Source of the DNA: the human T2T-CHM13v2.0 reference genome, Homo sapiens
Reading direction: 5' to 3' (one strand)
NCBI RefSeq assembly: GCF_009914755.1
Contig: NC_060939.1
Length of the DNA: 64,000 bases
Part shown: positions 30,084 through 44,400 of the stretch, one piece after another
Layout of the letters: each line of letters opens with the position of its first letter
Numbering within the stretch: the stretch's first letter is position 1
Notes under the pieces: generated by a model
Seen by the model: only the letters and a program-made list of their open reading frames with translations
What the model was told of the DNA's origin: nothing
The model's database searches: none
Translations under genes and position numbers: made by a program

Positions 30084-33000
30084 TTGAGTCCATTCAATTC
30101 CATTCCTTTCGTTTCCATTCCATTTGATGCCATTCCATTCAATTCTGTTCTACTCGACTCCAATACATTCAATTCCATTCCATCCGATTCCATTACATTC
30201 TTTTCATTTCTTATCCATTTCAAGCCATTCCACTCCATTCCATTCCACTCGTTTCCTTTCCATTCGAGTCCATTCCTCTCCAGTCCATTCCGTTCAATCC
30301 ATTCCATTCCAGTCCATTCCATTCGAGTCCGTTCCATTCCAGTCCATTCCATTCGAGTCAATTCCATCCCATTCGATGTCTTTCCATAACGATCCATTCC
30401 ATTCTATTCCTTTCGATTCCATTCCATTCTATTTCATTCCATTCGATTCCCTTCCATTGGACTCCTTTCCATTCGAGTGCATTCCATTCCGTTCCATTTC
30501 TTTCCGTTCTGTACGATTCCTACCGTTCGATTTCATTTTGTTCCAGTCCATTCCTTTCGCGTCCATTCCATTCCATTTCACTCCATTCGATTCCATTCCA
30601 CTCGATTCCACTTCGTTCCATTTCATTGCATTCCATTCTATTCAACTCTATTGCCTTCCATTCCATTCCATTCGATTACATTCCATGCGATTCCATTCGA
30701 AATCGAATCAATTACATTGCAATCCATTACTATTGAGTCCATTTTATTCCAGTCCACGGCATTCTGGTCCATTCCATTCTATTCCATTCCATACAGTTGC
30801 ATTCCATTGAACTCCATTCTATATCTATAAATTCAATTGGAGACCATTGCTTTTGAGTCCATTCTATATGATTCCATTCCATTCAAGTCCATTACATTTG
30901 GTTCAATTCCATTCCATTCCATTCCCTTCCATTCCATTCCAGTTGATATCAATCCATTCGATTCCATTCCATTCGAGCACATTCCATTCGAGTCCATTCC
31001 ATTCGATGCCATTCCATTTGATTCTATTCCATTAGTCTCCATTCAATTCCATTAATCTCCATTCCATTCCATTCTACTCCAACTGATTCCATTCCATTCT
31101 ATTCCTTTCCATTCCATTTCATTCCATTCCATTCCATTTCATTCCATTCCATTCCATTCCATTCCATTCGCTTCCATTCCATTCGTGTCCATTGCATTCC
31201 AGTCCATTCCATTTGTGTCCACTGCATTCCATTCCACTCCATTCCATATTATTCCATTACACTCCATTCCATTCTATTACTTTCATTTCCATTGAATTCC
31301 ATTCCATTTGATTCCATTCCACTCGGTTTCATTCCATTTGAGTCCACTCCACTCCATTCCATTCCATTCCATTCCATTCTGTTCCATTCCATTCTGTTCC
31401 ATTCCATTCCGTTCCATTGCATTCCATTCCATTCGGTACCATTCCATATTGTTCCATTCGATTCCATTCGAATCCATTCCATTCCAGTCCATTCCATTTG
31501 ATTCCATTCCATTCCTTTCAATTCCATTCCATTCCATTCCATTCCACTTGATTCCACTCCATTCCCTTCCACTGCATTCCATTGCATTGCATTCCATTCC
31601 ATTGGACTGCATTCCATTCGATTCCATTCCATTCGAATCAATTACATAGCAATCCATTACATTCGAGTCTATTCTCTTCCGTTCCATTCGATTTCGTTCC
31701 AATCCATTCGATTCCATTCCATTCGATTCCATTCCATACTATTGCATTCCATTCTATTACATTATATTCGAATAAGTTCCATTCAAGACCATTTCTTTTG
31801 AGTCCATTCTATTTGAGTCCATTCCCTTTGATTCCATAACATTTGAGTCCATTCAATTCCATTCCTTTCGTTTCCATTCCATTTGATGCCATTCCATTCA
31901 ATTCTGTTCTACTCGACTCCAATACATTCAATTCCATTCCATCCGATTCCATTACATTCTTTTCATTTCTTATCCATTTCAAGCCATTCCACTCCATTCC
32001 ATTCCACTCGTTTCCTTTCCATTCGAGTCCATTCCTCTCCAGTCCATTCCGTTCAATCCATTCCATTCCAGTCCATTCCATTCGAGTCCGTTCCATTCCA
32101 GTCCATTCCATTCGAGTCAATTCCATCCCATTCGATGTCTTTCCATAACGATCCATTCCATTCTATTCCTTTCGATTCCATTCCATTCTATTTCATTCCA
32201 TTCGATTCCCTTCCATTGGACTCCTTTCCATTCGAGTGCATTCCATTCCGTTCCATTTCTTTCCGTTCTGTACGATTCCTACCGTTCGATTTCATTTTGT
32301 TCCAGTCCATTCCTTTCGCGTCCATTCCATTCCATTTCACTCCATTCGATTCCATTCCACTCGATTCCACTTCGTTCCATTTCATTGCATTCCATTCTAT
32401 TCAACTCTATTGCCTTCCATTCCATTCCATTCGATTACATTCCATACGATTCCATTCGAAATCGAATCAATTACATTGCAATCCATTACTATTGAGTCCA
32501 TTTTATTCCAGTCCACGGCATTCTGGTCCATTCCATTTGATTCCATTCCATTCTATTCCATTCCATACAGTTGCATTCCATTGAACTCCATTCTATATCT
32601 ATAAATTCAATTGGAGACCATTGCTTTTGAGTCCATTCTATATGATTCCATTCCATTCAAGTCCATTACATTTGGTTCAATTCCATTCCATTCCATTCCC
32701 TTCCATTCCATTCCAGTTGATATCAATCCATTCGATTCCATTCCATTCGAGCACATTCCATTCGAGTCCATTCCATTCGATGCCATTCCATTTGATTCTA
32801 TTCCATTAGTCTCCATTCAATTCCATTAATCTCCATTCCATTCCATTCTACTCCAACTGATTCCATTCCATTCTATTCCTTTCCATTCCATTTCATTCCA
32901 TTCCATTCCATTTCATTCCATTCCATTCCATTCCATTCCATTCGCTTCCATTCCATTCGTGTCCATTGCATTCCAGTCCATTCCATTTGTGTCCACTGCA

Positions 33001-33616
33001 TTCCATTCCACTCCATTCCATATTATTCCATTACACTCCATTCCATTCTATTACTTTCATTTCCATTGAATTCCATTCCATTTGATTCCATTCCACTCGG
33101 TTTCATTCCATTTGAGTCCACTCCACTCCATTCCATTCCATTCCATTCCATTCTGTTCCATTCCATTCTGTTCCATTCCATTCCGTTCCATTGCATTCCA
33201 TTCCATTCGGTACCATTCCATATTGTTCCATTCGATTCCATTCGAATCCATTCCATTCCAGTCCATTCCATTTGATTCCATTCCATTCCTTTCAATTCCA
33301 TTCCATTCCATTCCATTCCACTTGATTCCACTCCATTCCCTTCCACTGCATTCCATTGCATTGCATTCCATTCCATTGGACTGCATTCCATTCGATTCCA
33401 TTCCATTCGAATCAATTACATAGCAATCCATTACATTCGAGTCTATTCTATTCCGTTCCATTCGATTTCGTTCCAATCCATTCGATTCCATTCCATTCGA
33501 TTCCATTCCATACTATTGCATTCCATTCTATTACATTATATTCGAATAAGTTCCATTCAAGACCATTTCTTTTGAGTCCATTCTATTTGAGTCCATTCCC
33601 TTTGATTCCATAACAT
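30084..33616 (+). repeat. Recent single-unit tandem duplication (two near-identical short units)
   Basis: Shared rare variants CCACGGCA (30754, 32513), CAATTGGAGA, and a doubled CATTCTGTTC (~31376, ~33150). The first copy has an extra 15 bp deletion (1759 versus 1774 bp). Confidence 0.8.
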
Positions 33617-36600
33617 TTGAGTCCATTCAATTCCATTCCTTTCGTTTCCATTCCATTTGATGCCATTCCATTCAATTCTGTTCTACTCGACTCCAATACA
33701 TTCAATTCCATTCCATCCGATTCCATTACATTCTTTTCATTTCTTATCCATTTCAAGCCATTCCACTCCATTCCATTCCACTCGTTTCCTTTCCATTCGA
33801 GTCCATTCCTCTCCAGTCCATTCCGTTCAATCCATTCCATTCCAGTCCATTCCATTCGAGTCCGTTCCATTCCAGTCCATTCCATTCGAGTCAATTCCAT
33901 TTCATTCGATGTCTTTCCATAACGATCCATTCCATTCTATTCCTTTCGATTCCGTTCCATTCTATTTCATTCCATTTGATTCCCTTCCATTGGACTCCTT
34001 TCCATTCGAGTGCATTCCATTCCGTTCCATTGCTTTCCGTTCTGTACGATTCCTACCGTTTGATTTCATTTTGTTCCAGTCCATTCTTTCGCGTCCATTC
34101 CATTCCATTTCACTCCATTCGATTCCATTCCACTCGATTCCACTTCGTTCCATTTCATTGCATTCCATTCTATTCAACTCTATTGCCTTCCATTCCATTC
34201 CATTCGATTACATTCCATGCGATTCCATTCGAAATTGAATCAATTACATTGCAATCCATTACTATTGAGTCCCTTTTATTCCAGTCCACTGCATTCTGGT
34301 CCATTCCATTTGATTCCATTCCATTCTATTCCATTCCATACAGTTGCATTCCATTGGATTCCATGCTATATCTATAAATTCAATTCGAGACCATTGCTTT
34401 TGAGTCCATTCTATATGATTCCTTTCCATTCAAGTCCATTACATTTGGTTAAATTCCATTCCATTCGGTTAATTCAATTCCATTCCATTCCCTTCCATTC
34501 CATTCCAGTTGATATCAATCCATTCGATTCCATTCCATTCGAGCACATTCCATTCGAGTCCATTCCATTCGATGCCATTCCATTTGATTCTATTCCATTA
34601 GTCTCCATTCAATTCCATTAATCTCCATTCCATTCCATTCTACTCCAACTGATTCCATTCCATTCTATTCCTTTCCATTCCATTTCATTCCATTCCATTC
34701 CATTCCATTCCATTCCATTCCATTCCATTCGTGTCCATTCCACTCCAGTCCATTCCATTCGTATCCATTCCATTCCAGTCCATTCCATTTGTGTCCACTG
34801 CATTCCATTCCACTCCATTCCATATTATTCCATTACACTCCATTCCATTCTATTACTTTCATTTCCATTCAATTCCATTCCATTTGATTCCATTCCACTC
34901 GGTTCCATTCCATTTGAGTCCACTCCATTCCATTCCATTCCATTCAGTTCCATTCCATTCTGTTCCATTCCATTCCGTTCCATTAAATTCCATTCCATTC
35001 GGTACCATTCCATATTGTTCCATTCGATTCCATTCGAATCCATTCCATTCCAGTCCATTCCATTCGATTCTATTCCATTCATTTCAATTCCATTCCATTC
35101 CATTCCATTACATTCCACTTGATTCCTCTCCATTCCCTTCCACTGCATTCCGTTCGATTCCATTCCATTGCATTGCATTCCATTCCATTGGATTGCATTC
35201 CATTCGATTCCATTCCATTCGAATCAATTATATAGAAATCCATTACATTCGAGTCTATTCTATTCCGTTCCATTCGATTTCGTTCCAATCCATTCGATTC
35301 CATTCCATTCGATTCCATTCCATACTATTGCATTCCATTCGATTACATTATATTCGAATAAGTTCCATTCAAGACCATTTCTTTTGAGTCCATTCTATTT
35401 GAGTCCAATCCCTTTGATTCCATAACATTTGAGTCCATTCAATTCCATTCCTTTCGTTTCCATTCCATTTGATGCCATTCCATTCAATTCTGTTCTACTC
35501 GACTCCAATACATTCAATTCCATTCCATCCGATTCCATTACATTCTTTTCATTTCTTATCCATTTCAAGCCATTCCACTCCATTCCATTCCACTCGTTTC
35601 CTTTCCATTCGAGTCCATTCCTCTCCAGTCCATTCCGTTCAATCCATTCCATTCCAGTCCATTCCATTCGAGTCCGTTCCATTCCAGTCCATTCCATTCG
35701 AGTCAATTCCATCCCATTCGATGTCTTTCCATAACGATCCATTCCATTCTATTCCTTTCGATTCCATTCCATTCTATTTCATTCCATTCGATTCCCTTCC
35801 ATTGGACTCCTTTCCATTCGAGTGCATTCCATTCCGTTCCATTTCTTTCCGTTCTGTACGATTCCTACCGTTCGATTTCATTTTGTTCCAGTCCATTCCT
35901 TTCGCGTCCATTCCATTCCATTTCACTCCATTCGATTCCATTCCACTCGATTCCACTTCGTTCCATTTCATTGCATTCCATTCTATTCAACTCTATTGCC
36001 TTCCATTCCATTCCATTCGATTACATTCCATGCGATTCCATTCGAAATCGAATCAATTACATTGCAATCCATTACTATTGAGTCCATTTTATTCCAGTCC
36101 ACTGCATTCTGGTCCATTCCATTTGATTCCATTCCATTCTATTCCATTCCATACAGTTGCATTCCATTGAACTCCATTCTATATCTATAAATTCAATTCG
36201 AGACCATTGCTTTTGAGTCCATTCTATATGATTCCATTCCATTCAAGTCCATTACATTTGGTTCAATTCCATTCCATTCCATTCCCTTCCATTCCATTCC
36301 AGTTGATATCAATCCATTCGATTCCATTCCATTCGAGCACATTCCATTCGAGTCCATTCCATTCGATGCCATTCCATTTGATTCTATTCCATTAGTCTCC
36401 ATTCAATTCCATTAATCTCCATTCCATTCCATTCTACTCCAACTGATTCCATTCCATTCTATTCCTTTCCATTCCATTTCATTCCATTCCATTCCATTTC
36501 ATTCCATTCCATTCCATTCCATTCCATTCGCTTCCATTCCATTCGTGTCCATTGCATTCCAGTCCATTCCATTTGTGTCCACTGCATTCCATTCCACTCC

Positions 36601-38400
36601 ATTCCATATTATTCCATTACACTCCATTCCATTCTATTACTTTCATTTCCATTGAATTCCATTCCATTTGATTCCATTCCACTCGGTTTCATTCCATTTG
36701 AGTCCACTCCACTCCATTCCATTCCATTCCATTCCATTCAGTTCCATTCCATTCTGTTCCATTCCATTCCGTTCCATTGCATTCCATTCCATTCGGTACC
36801 ATTCCATATTGTTCCATTCGATTCCATTCGAATCCATTCCATTCCAGTCCATTCCATTTGATTCCATTCCATTCCTTTCAATTCCATTCCATTCCATTCC
36901 ATTCCACTTGATTCCACTCCATTCCCTTCCACTGCATTCCATTGCATTGCATTCCATTCCATTGGACTGCATTCCATTCGATTCCATTCCATTCGAATCA
37001 ATTACATAGCAATCCATTACATTCGAGTCTATTCTATTCCGTTCCATTCGATTTCGTTCCAATCCATTCGATTCCATTCCATTCGATTCCATTCCATACT
37101 ATTGCATTCCATTCTATTACATTATATTCGAATAAGTTCCATTCAAGACCATTTCTTTTGAGTCCATTCTATTTGAGTCCATTCCCTTTGATTCCATAAC
37201 ATTTGAGTCCATTCAATTCCATTCCTTTCGTTTCCATTCCATTTGATGCCATTCCATTCAATTCTGTTCTACTCGACTCCAATACATTCAATTCCATTCC
37301 ATCCGATTCCATTACATTCTTTTCATTTCTTATCCATTTCAAGCCATTCCACTCCATTCCATTCCACTCGTTTCCTTTCCATTCGAGTCCATTCCTCTCC
37401 AGTCCATTCCGTTCAATCCATTCCATTCCAGTCCATTCCATTCGAGTCCGTTCCATTCCAGTCCATTCCATTCGAGTCAATTCCATTTCATTCGATGTCT
37501 TTCCATAACGATCCATTCCATTCTATTCCTTTCGATTCCATTCCATTCTATTTCATTCCATTCGATTCCCTTCCATTGGACTCCTTTCCATTCGAGTGCA
37601 TTCCATTCCGTTCCATTGCTTTCCGTTCTGTACGATTCCTACCGTTTGATTTCATTTTGTTCCAGTCCATTCTTTCGCGTCCATTCCATTCCATTTCACT
37701 CCATTCGATTCCATTCCACTCGATTCCACTTCGTTCCATTTCATTGCATTCCATTCTATTCAACTCTATTGCCTTCCATTCCATTCCATTCGATTACATT
37801 CCATGCGATTCCATTCGAAATTGAATCAATTACATTGCAATCCATTACAATTGAGTCCGTTTTATTCCAGTCCACTGCATTCTGGTCCATTCCATTTGAT
37901 TCCATTCCATTCTATTCCATTCCATACAGTTGCATTCCATTGGATTCCATGCTATATCTATAAATTCAATTCGAGACCATTGCTTTTGAGTCCATTCTAT
38001 ATGATTCCTTTCCATTCAAGTCCATTACATTTGGTTAAATTCCATTCCATTCGGTTCAATTCCATTCCATTCCATTCCCTTCCATTCCATTCCAGTTGAT
38101 ATCAATCCATTCGATTCCATTCCATTCGAGCACATTCCATTCGAGTCCATTCCATTCGATGCCATTCCATTTGATTCTATTCCATTAGTCTCCATTCAAT
38201 TCCATTAATCTCCATTCCATTCCATTCTACTCCAACTGATTCCATTCCATTCTATTCCTTTCCATTCCATTTCATTCCATTCCATTCCATTCCATTCCAT
38301 TCCATTCCATTCCATTCGTGTCCATTCCACTCCAGTCCATTCCATTCGTATCCATTCCATTCCAGTCCATTCCATTTGTGTCCACTGCATTCCATTCCAC
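31843..38400 (+). repeat. Two-unit (3586 bp) tandem duplication
   Basis: Private markers CCATTGCTTTCC (34031/37617), ACCGTTTGAT, GAAATTGAAT (34231/37817) and GATTCCTTTCC recur at +3586, as does the EcoRI site (33068/36654). End points are approximate. Confidence 0.8.
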
Positions 38401-41400
38401 TCCATTCCATATTATTCCATTACACTCCATTCCATTCTATTACTTTCATTTCCATTTAATTCCATTCCATTTGATTCCATTCCACTCGGTTTCATTCCAT
38501 TTGAGTCCACTCCATTCCATTCCATTCCATTCAGTTCCATTCCATTCTGTTCCATTCCATTCCGTTCCATTATATTCCATTCCATTCGGTACCATTCCAT
38601 ATTGTTCCATTCGATTCCATTCGAATCCATTCCATTCCAGTCCATTCCATTCGATTCCATTCCATTCATTTCAATTCCATTCCATTCCATTCCATTACAT
38701 TCCACTTGATTCCTCTCCATTCCCTTCCACTGCATTCCGTTCGATTCCATTCCATTGCATTGCATTCCATTCCATTGGATTGCATTCCATTCGATTCCAT
38801 TCCATTCGAATCAATTACATAGCAATCCATTACATTCGAGTCTATTCTCTTCCGTTCCATTCGATTTCGTTCCAATCCATTCGATTCCATTCCATTCGAT
38901 TCCATTCCATACTATTGCATTCCATTCGATTACATTATATTCGAATAAGTTCCATTCAAGACCATTTCTTTTGAGTCCATTCTATTTGAGTCCATTCCCT
39001 TTGATTCCATAACATTTGAGTCCATTCAATTCCATTCCTTTCGTTTCCATTCCATTTGATGCCATTCCATTCAATTCTGTTCTACTCGACTCCAATACAT
39101 TCAATTCCATTCCATCCGATTCCATTACATTCTTTTCATTTCTTATCCATTTCAAGCCATTCCACTCCATTCCATTCCACTCGTTTCCTTTCCATTCGAG
39201 TCCATTCCTCTCCAGTCCATTCCGTTCAATCCATTCCATTCCAGTCCATTCCATTCGAGTCCGTTCCATTCCAGTCCATTCCATTCGAGTCAATTCCATT
39301 CCATTCGATGTCTTTCCATAACGATCCATTCCATTCTATTCCTTTCGATTCCATTCCATTCTATTTCATTCCATTCGATTCCCTTCCATTGGACTCCTTT
39401 CCATTCGAGTGCATTCCATTCCGTTCCATTTCTTTCCGTTCTGTACGGTTCCTACCGTTCGATTTCATTTTGTTCCAGTCCATTCTTTCGCGTCCATTCC
39501 ATTCCATTTCACTCCATTCGATTCCATTCCACTCGATTCCACTTCGTTCCATTTCATTGCATTCCATTCTATTCAACTCTATTGCCTTCCATTCCATTCC
39601 ATTCGATTACATTCCATGCGATTCCATTCGAAATCGAATCAATTACATTGCAATCCATTACTATTGAGTCCGTTTTATTTCAGTCCACTGCATTCTGGTC
39701 CATTCCATTTGATTCCATTCCATTCTATTCCATTCCATAGAGTTGCATTCCATTGGATTCCATGCTATATCTATAAATTCAATTGGAGACCATTGCTTTT
39801 GAGTCCATTCTATATGATTCCATTCCATTCAAGTCCATTACATTCGGTTCAATTCCATTCCATTCCATTCCCTCCCATTCCATTCCAGTTGATATCAATC
39901 CATTCGATTCCATTCCATTCGAGCACATTCCATTCGATGCCATTCTATTTGATTCTATTCCATTAGTCTCCATTCAATTCCATTAATCTCCATTCCATTC
40001 CATTCTACTCCAACTGATTCCATTCCATTCTATTCCATTCCATTCCATTTCATTCCATTCCATTCCATTTCATTCCATTCCATTCCATTCGTGTCCATTC
40101 CACTGCAGTCCATTCCATTCGTGTCCATTCCATTCCAGTCCATTCGATTTGTGTCCACTGCATTCAATTCCACTCCATTCCATATTATTCCATTACACTC
40201 CATTCCATTCTGTTACTTTCATTTCCATTCAATTCCATTCCATTTGATTCCATTCCACTCGGTTTCATTCCATTTGAGTCCACTCCATTCCATTCCATTC
40301 CATTCCATTCAGTTCCATTCCATTCTGTTCCATTCCATTCCGTTCCATTACATTCCATTCCATTCGGTACCATTCCATATTGTTCCATTCGATTCCATTC
40401 GAATCCATTCCATTCCAGTCCATTCCATTCGATTCCATTCCATTCATTTCAATTCCATTCCATTCCATTATATTACATTCCACTTGATTCCTCTCCATTC
40501 CCTTCCACTGCATTCCGTTCGATTCCATTCCATTGCATTGCATTCCATTCCATTGGATTGCATTCCATTCGATTCCATTCCATTCGAATCAATTACATAC
40601 CAATCCATTACATTCGAGTCTATTCTCTTCCGTTCCATTCGATTTCGTTCCAATCCATTCGATTCCATTCCATTCGATTCCATTCCATACTATTGCATTC
40701 CATTCGATTACATTATATTCGAATAAGTTCCATTCAAGACCATTTCTTTTGAGTCCATTCTATTTGAGTCCATTCCCTTTGATTCCATAACATTTGAGTC
40801 CATTCAATTCCATTCCTTTCGTTTCCATTCCATTTGATGCCATTCCATTCAATTCTGTTCTACTCGACTCCAATACATTCAATTCCATTCCATCCGATTC
40901 CATTACATTCTTTTCATTTCTTATCCATTTCAAGCCATTCCACTCCATTCCATTCCACTCGTTTCCTTTCCATTCGAGTCCATTCCTCTCCAGTCCATTC
41001 CGTTCAATCCATTCCATTCCAGTCCATTCCATTCGAGTCCGTTCCATTCCAGTCCATTCCCTTCGAGTCAATTCCATTCCATTCGATGTCTTTCCATAAC
41101 GATCCATTCCATTCTATTCCTTTCGATTCCATTCCATTCTATTTCATTCCATTCGATTCCCTTCCATTGGACTCCTTTCCATTCGAGTGCATTCCATTCC
41201 GTTCCATTTCTTTCCGTTCTGTACGATTCCTACCGTTCGATTTCATTTTGTTCCAGTCCATTCCTTTCGCGTCCATTCCATTCCATTTCACTCCATTCGA
41301 TTCCATTCCACTCGATTCCACTTCGTTCCATTTCATTGCATTCCATTCTATTCAACTCTATTGCCTTCCATTCCATTCCATTCGATTACATTCCATGCGA

Positions 41401-44400
41401 TTCCATTCGAAATCGAATCAATTACATTGCAATCCATTACTATTGAGTCCGTTTTATTCCAGTCCACTGCATTCTGGTCCATTCCATTTGATTCCATTCC
41501 ATTCTATTCCATTCCATACAGTTGCATTCCATTGGATTCCATGCTATATCTATAAATTCAATTGGAGACCATTGCTTTTGAGTCCATTCTATATGATTCC
41601 ATTCCATTCAACTCCATTACATTTGGTTAAATTCCATTCCATTCGGTTTAATTCCATTCCATTCCATTCCCTTCCATTCCATTCCAGTTGATATCAATCC
41701 ATTCGATTCCATTCCATTCGAGCACATTCCATTCGAGTCCATTCCATTCGATGCCATTCCATTTGATTCTATTCCATTAGTCTCCATTCAATTCCATTAA
41801 TCTCCATTCCATTCCATTCTACTCCAACTGATTCCATTCCATTCTATTCCTTTCCATTCCATTTCATTCCATTCCATTCCATTCCATTCCATTCGTGTCC
41901 ATTCCACTCCAGTCCATTCCATTCGTATCCATTCCATTCCAGTCCATTCCATTTGTGTCCACTGCATTCCATTCCACTCCATTCCATATTATTCCATTAC
42001 ACTCCATTCCATTCTATTACTTTCATTTCCATTCAATTCCATTCCATTTGATTCCATTCCACTCGGTTTCATTCCATTTGAGTCCACTCCATTCCATTCC
42101 ATTCCATTCAGTTCCATTCCATTCTGTTCCATTCCATTCCGTTCCATTACATTCCATTCCATTCGGTACCATTCCATATTGTTCCATTCGATTCCATTCG
42201 AATCCATTCCATTCCAGTCCATTCCATTCGATTCCATTCCATTCATTTCAATTCCATTCCATTCCATTCCATTACATTCCACTTGATTCCTCTCCATTCC
42301 CTTCCACTGCATTCCGTTCGATTCCATTCCATTGCATTGCATTCCATTCCATTGGATTGCATTCCATTCGATTCCATTCCATTCGAATCAATTACATACC
42401 AATCCATTACATTCGAGTCTATTCTCTTCCGTTCCATTCGATTTCGTTCCAATCCATTCGATTCCATTCCATTCGATTCCATTCCATACTATTGCATTCC
42501 ATTCGATTACATTATATTCGAATAAGTTCCATTCAAGACCATTTCTTTTGAGTCCATTCTATTTGAGTCCATTCCCTTTGATTCCATAACATTTGAGTCC
42601 ATTCAATTCCATTCCTTTCGTTTCCATTCCATTTGATGCCATTCCATTCAATTCTGTTCTACTCGACTCCAATACATTCAATTCCATTCCATCCGATTCC
42701 ATTACATTCTTTTCATTTCTTATCCATTTCAAGCCATTCCACTCCATTCCATTCCACTCGTTTCCTTTCCATTCGAGTCCATTCCTCTCCAGTCCATTCC
42801 GTTCAATCCATTCCATTCCAGTCCATTCCATTCGAGTCCGTTCCATTCCAGTCCATTCCCTTCGAGTCAATTCCATTCCATTCGATGTCTTTCCATAACG
42901 ATCCATTCCATTCTATTCCTTTCGATTCCATTCCATTCTATTTCATTCCATTCGATTCCCTTCCATTGGACTCCTTTCCATTCGAGTGCATTCCATTCCG
43001 TTCCATTTCTTTCCGTTCTGTACGATTCCTACCGTTCAATTTCATTTTGTTCCAGTCCATTCTTTCGCGTCCATTCCATTCCATTTCACTCCATTCGATT
43101 CCATTCCACTCGATTCCACTTCGTTCCATTTCATTGCATTCCATTCTATTCAACTCTATTGCCTTCCATTCCATTCCATTCGATTACATTCCATGCGATT
43201 CCATTCGAAATCGAATCAATTACATTGCAATCCATTACTATTGAGTCCGTTTTATTCCAGTCCACTGCATTCTGGTCCATTCCATTTGATTCCATTCCAT
43301 TCTATTCCATTCCATACAGTTGCATTCCATTGGATTCCATGCTATATCTATAAATTCAATTCGAGACCATTGCTTTTGAGTCCATTCTATATGATTCCAT
43401 TCCATTCAAGTCCATTACATTTGGTTAAATTCCATTCCATTCGGTTCAATTCCCTTCCATTCCATTCCCTTCCATTCCATTCCAGTTGATATCAATCCAT
43501 TCGATTCCATTCCATTCGAGCACATTCCATTCGATGCCATTCCATTTGATTCTATTCCATTAGTCTCCATTCAATTCCATTAATCTCCATTCCATTCCAT
43601 TCTACTCCAACTGATTCCATTCCATTCTATTCCATTCCATTCCATTTCATTCCATTCCATTCCATTTCATTCCATTCCATTCCATTCGTGTCCATTCCAC
43701 TGCAGTCCATTCCATTCGTGTCCATTCCATTCCAGTCCATTCGATTTGTGTCCACTGCATTCAATTCCACTCCATTCCATATTATTCCATTACACTCCAT
43801 TCCATTCTATTACTTTCATTTCCATTCAATTCCATTCCATTTGATTCCATTCCACTCGGTTTCATTCCATTTGAGTCCACTCCATTCCATTCCATTCCAT
43901 TCCATTCAGTTCCATTCCATTCTGTTCCATTCCATTCCGTTCCATTACATTCCATTCCATTCGGTACCATTCCATATTGTTCCATTCGATTCCATTGGAA
44001 TCCATTCCATTCCAGTCCATTCCATTCGATTCCATTCCATTCATTTCAATTCCATTCCATTCCATTCCATTCCATTCCACTTGATTCCTCTCCATTCCCT
44101 TCCACTGCATTCCGTTCGATTCCATTCCATTGCATTGCATTCCATTCCATTGGATTGCATTCCATTCGATTCCATTCCATTCGAATCAATTACATAGCAA
44201 TCCATTACATTCGAGTCTATTCTCTTCCGTTCCATTCGATTTCGTTCCAATCCATTCGATTCCATTCCATTCGATTCCATTCCATACTATTGCATTCCAT
44301 TCGATTACATTATATTCGAATAAGTTCCATTCAAGACCATTTCTTTTGAGTCCATTCTATTTGAGTCCATTCCCTTTGATTCCATAACATTTGAGTCCAT

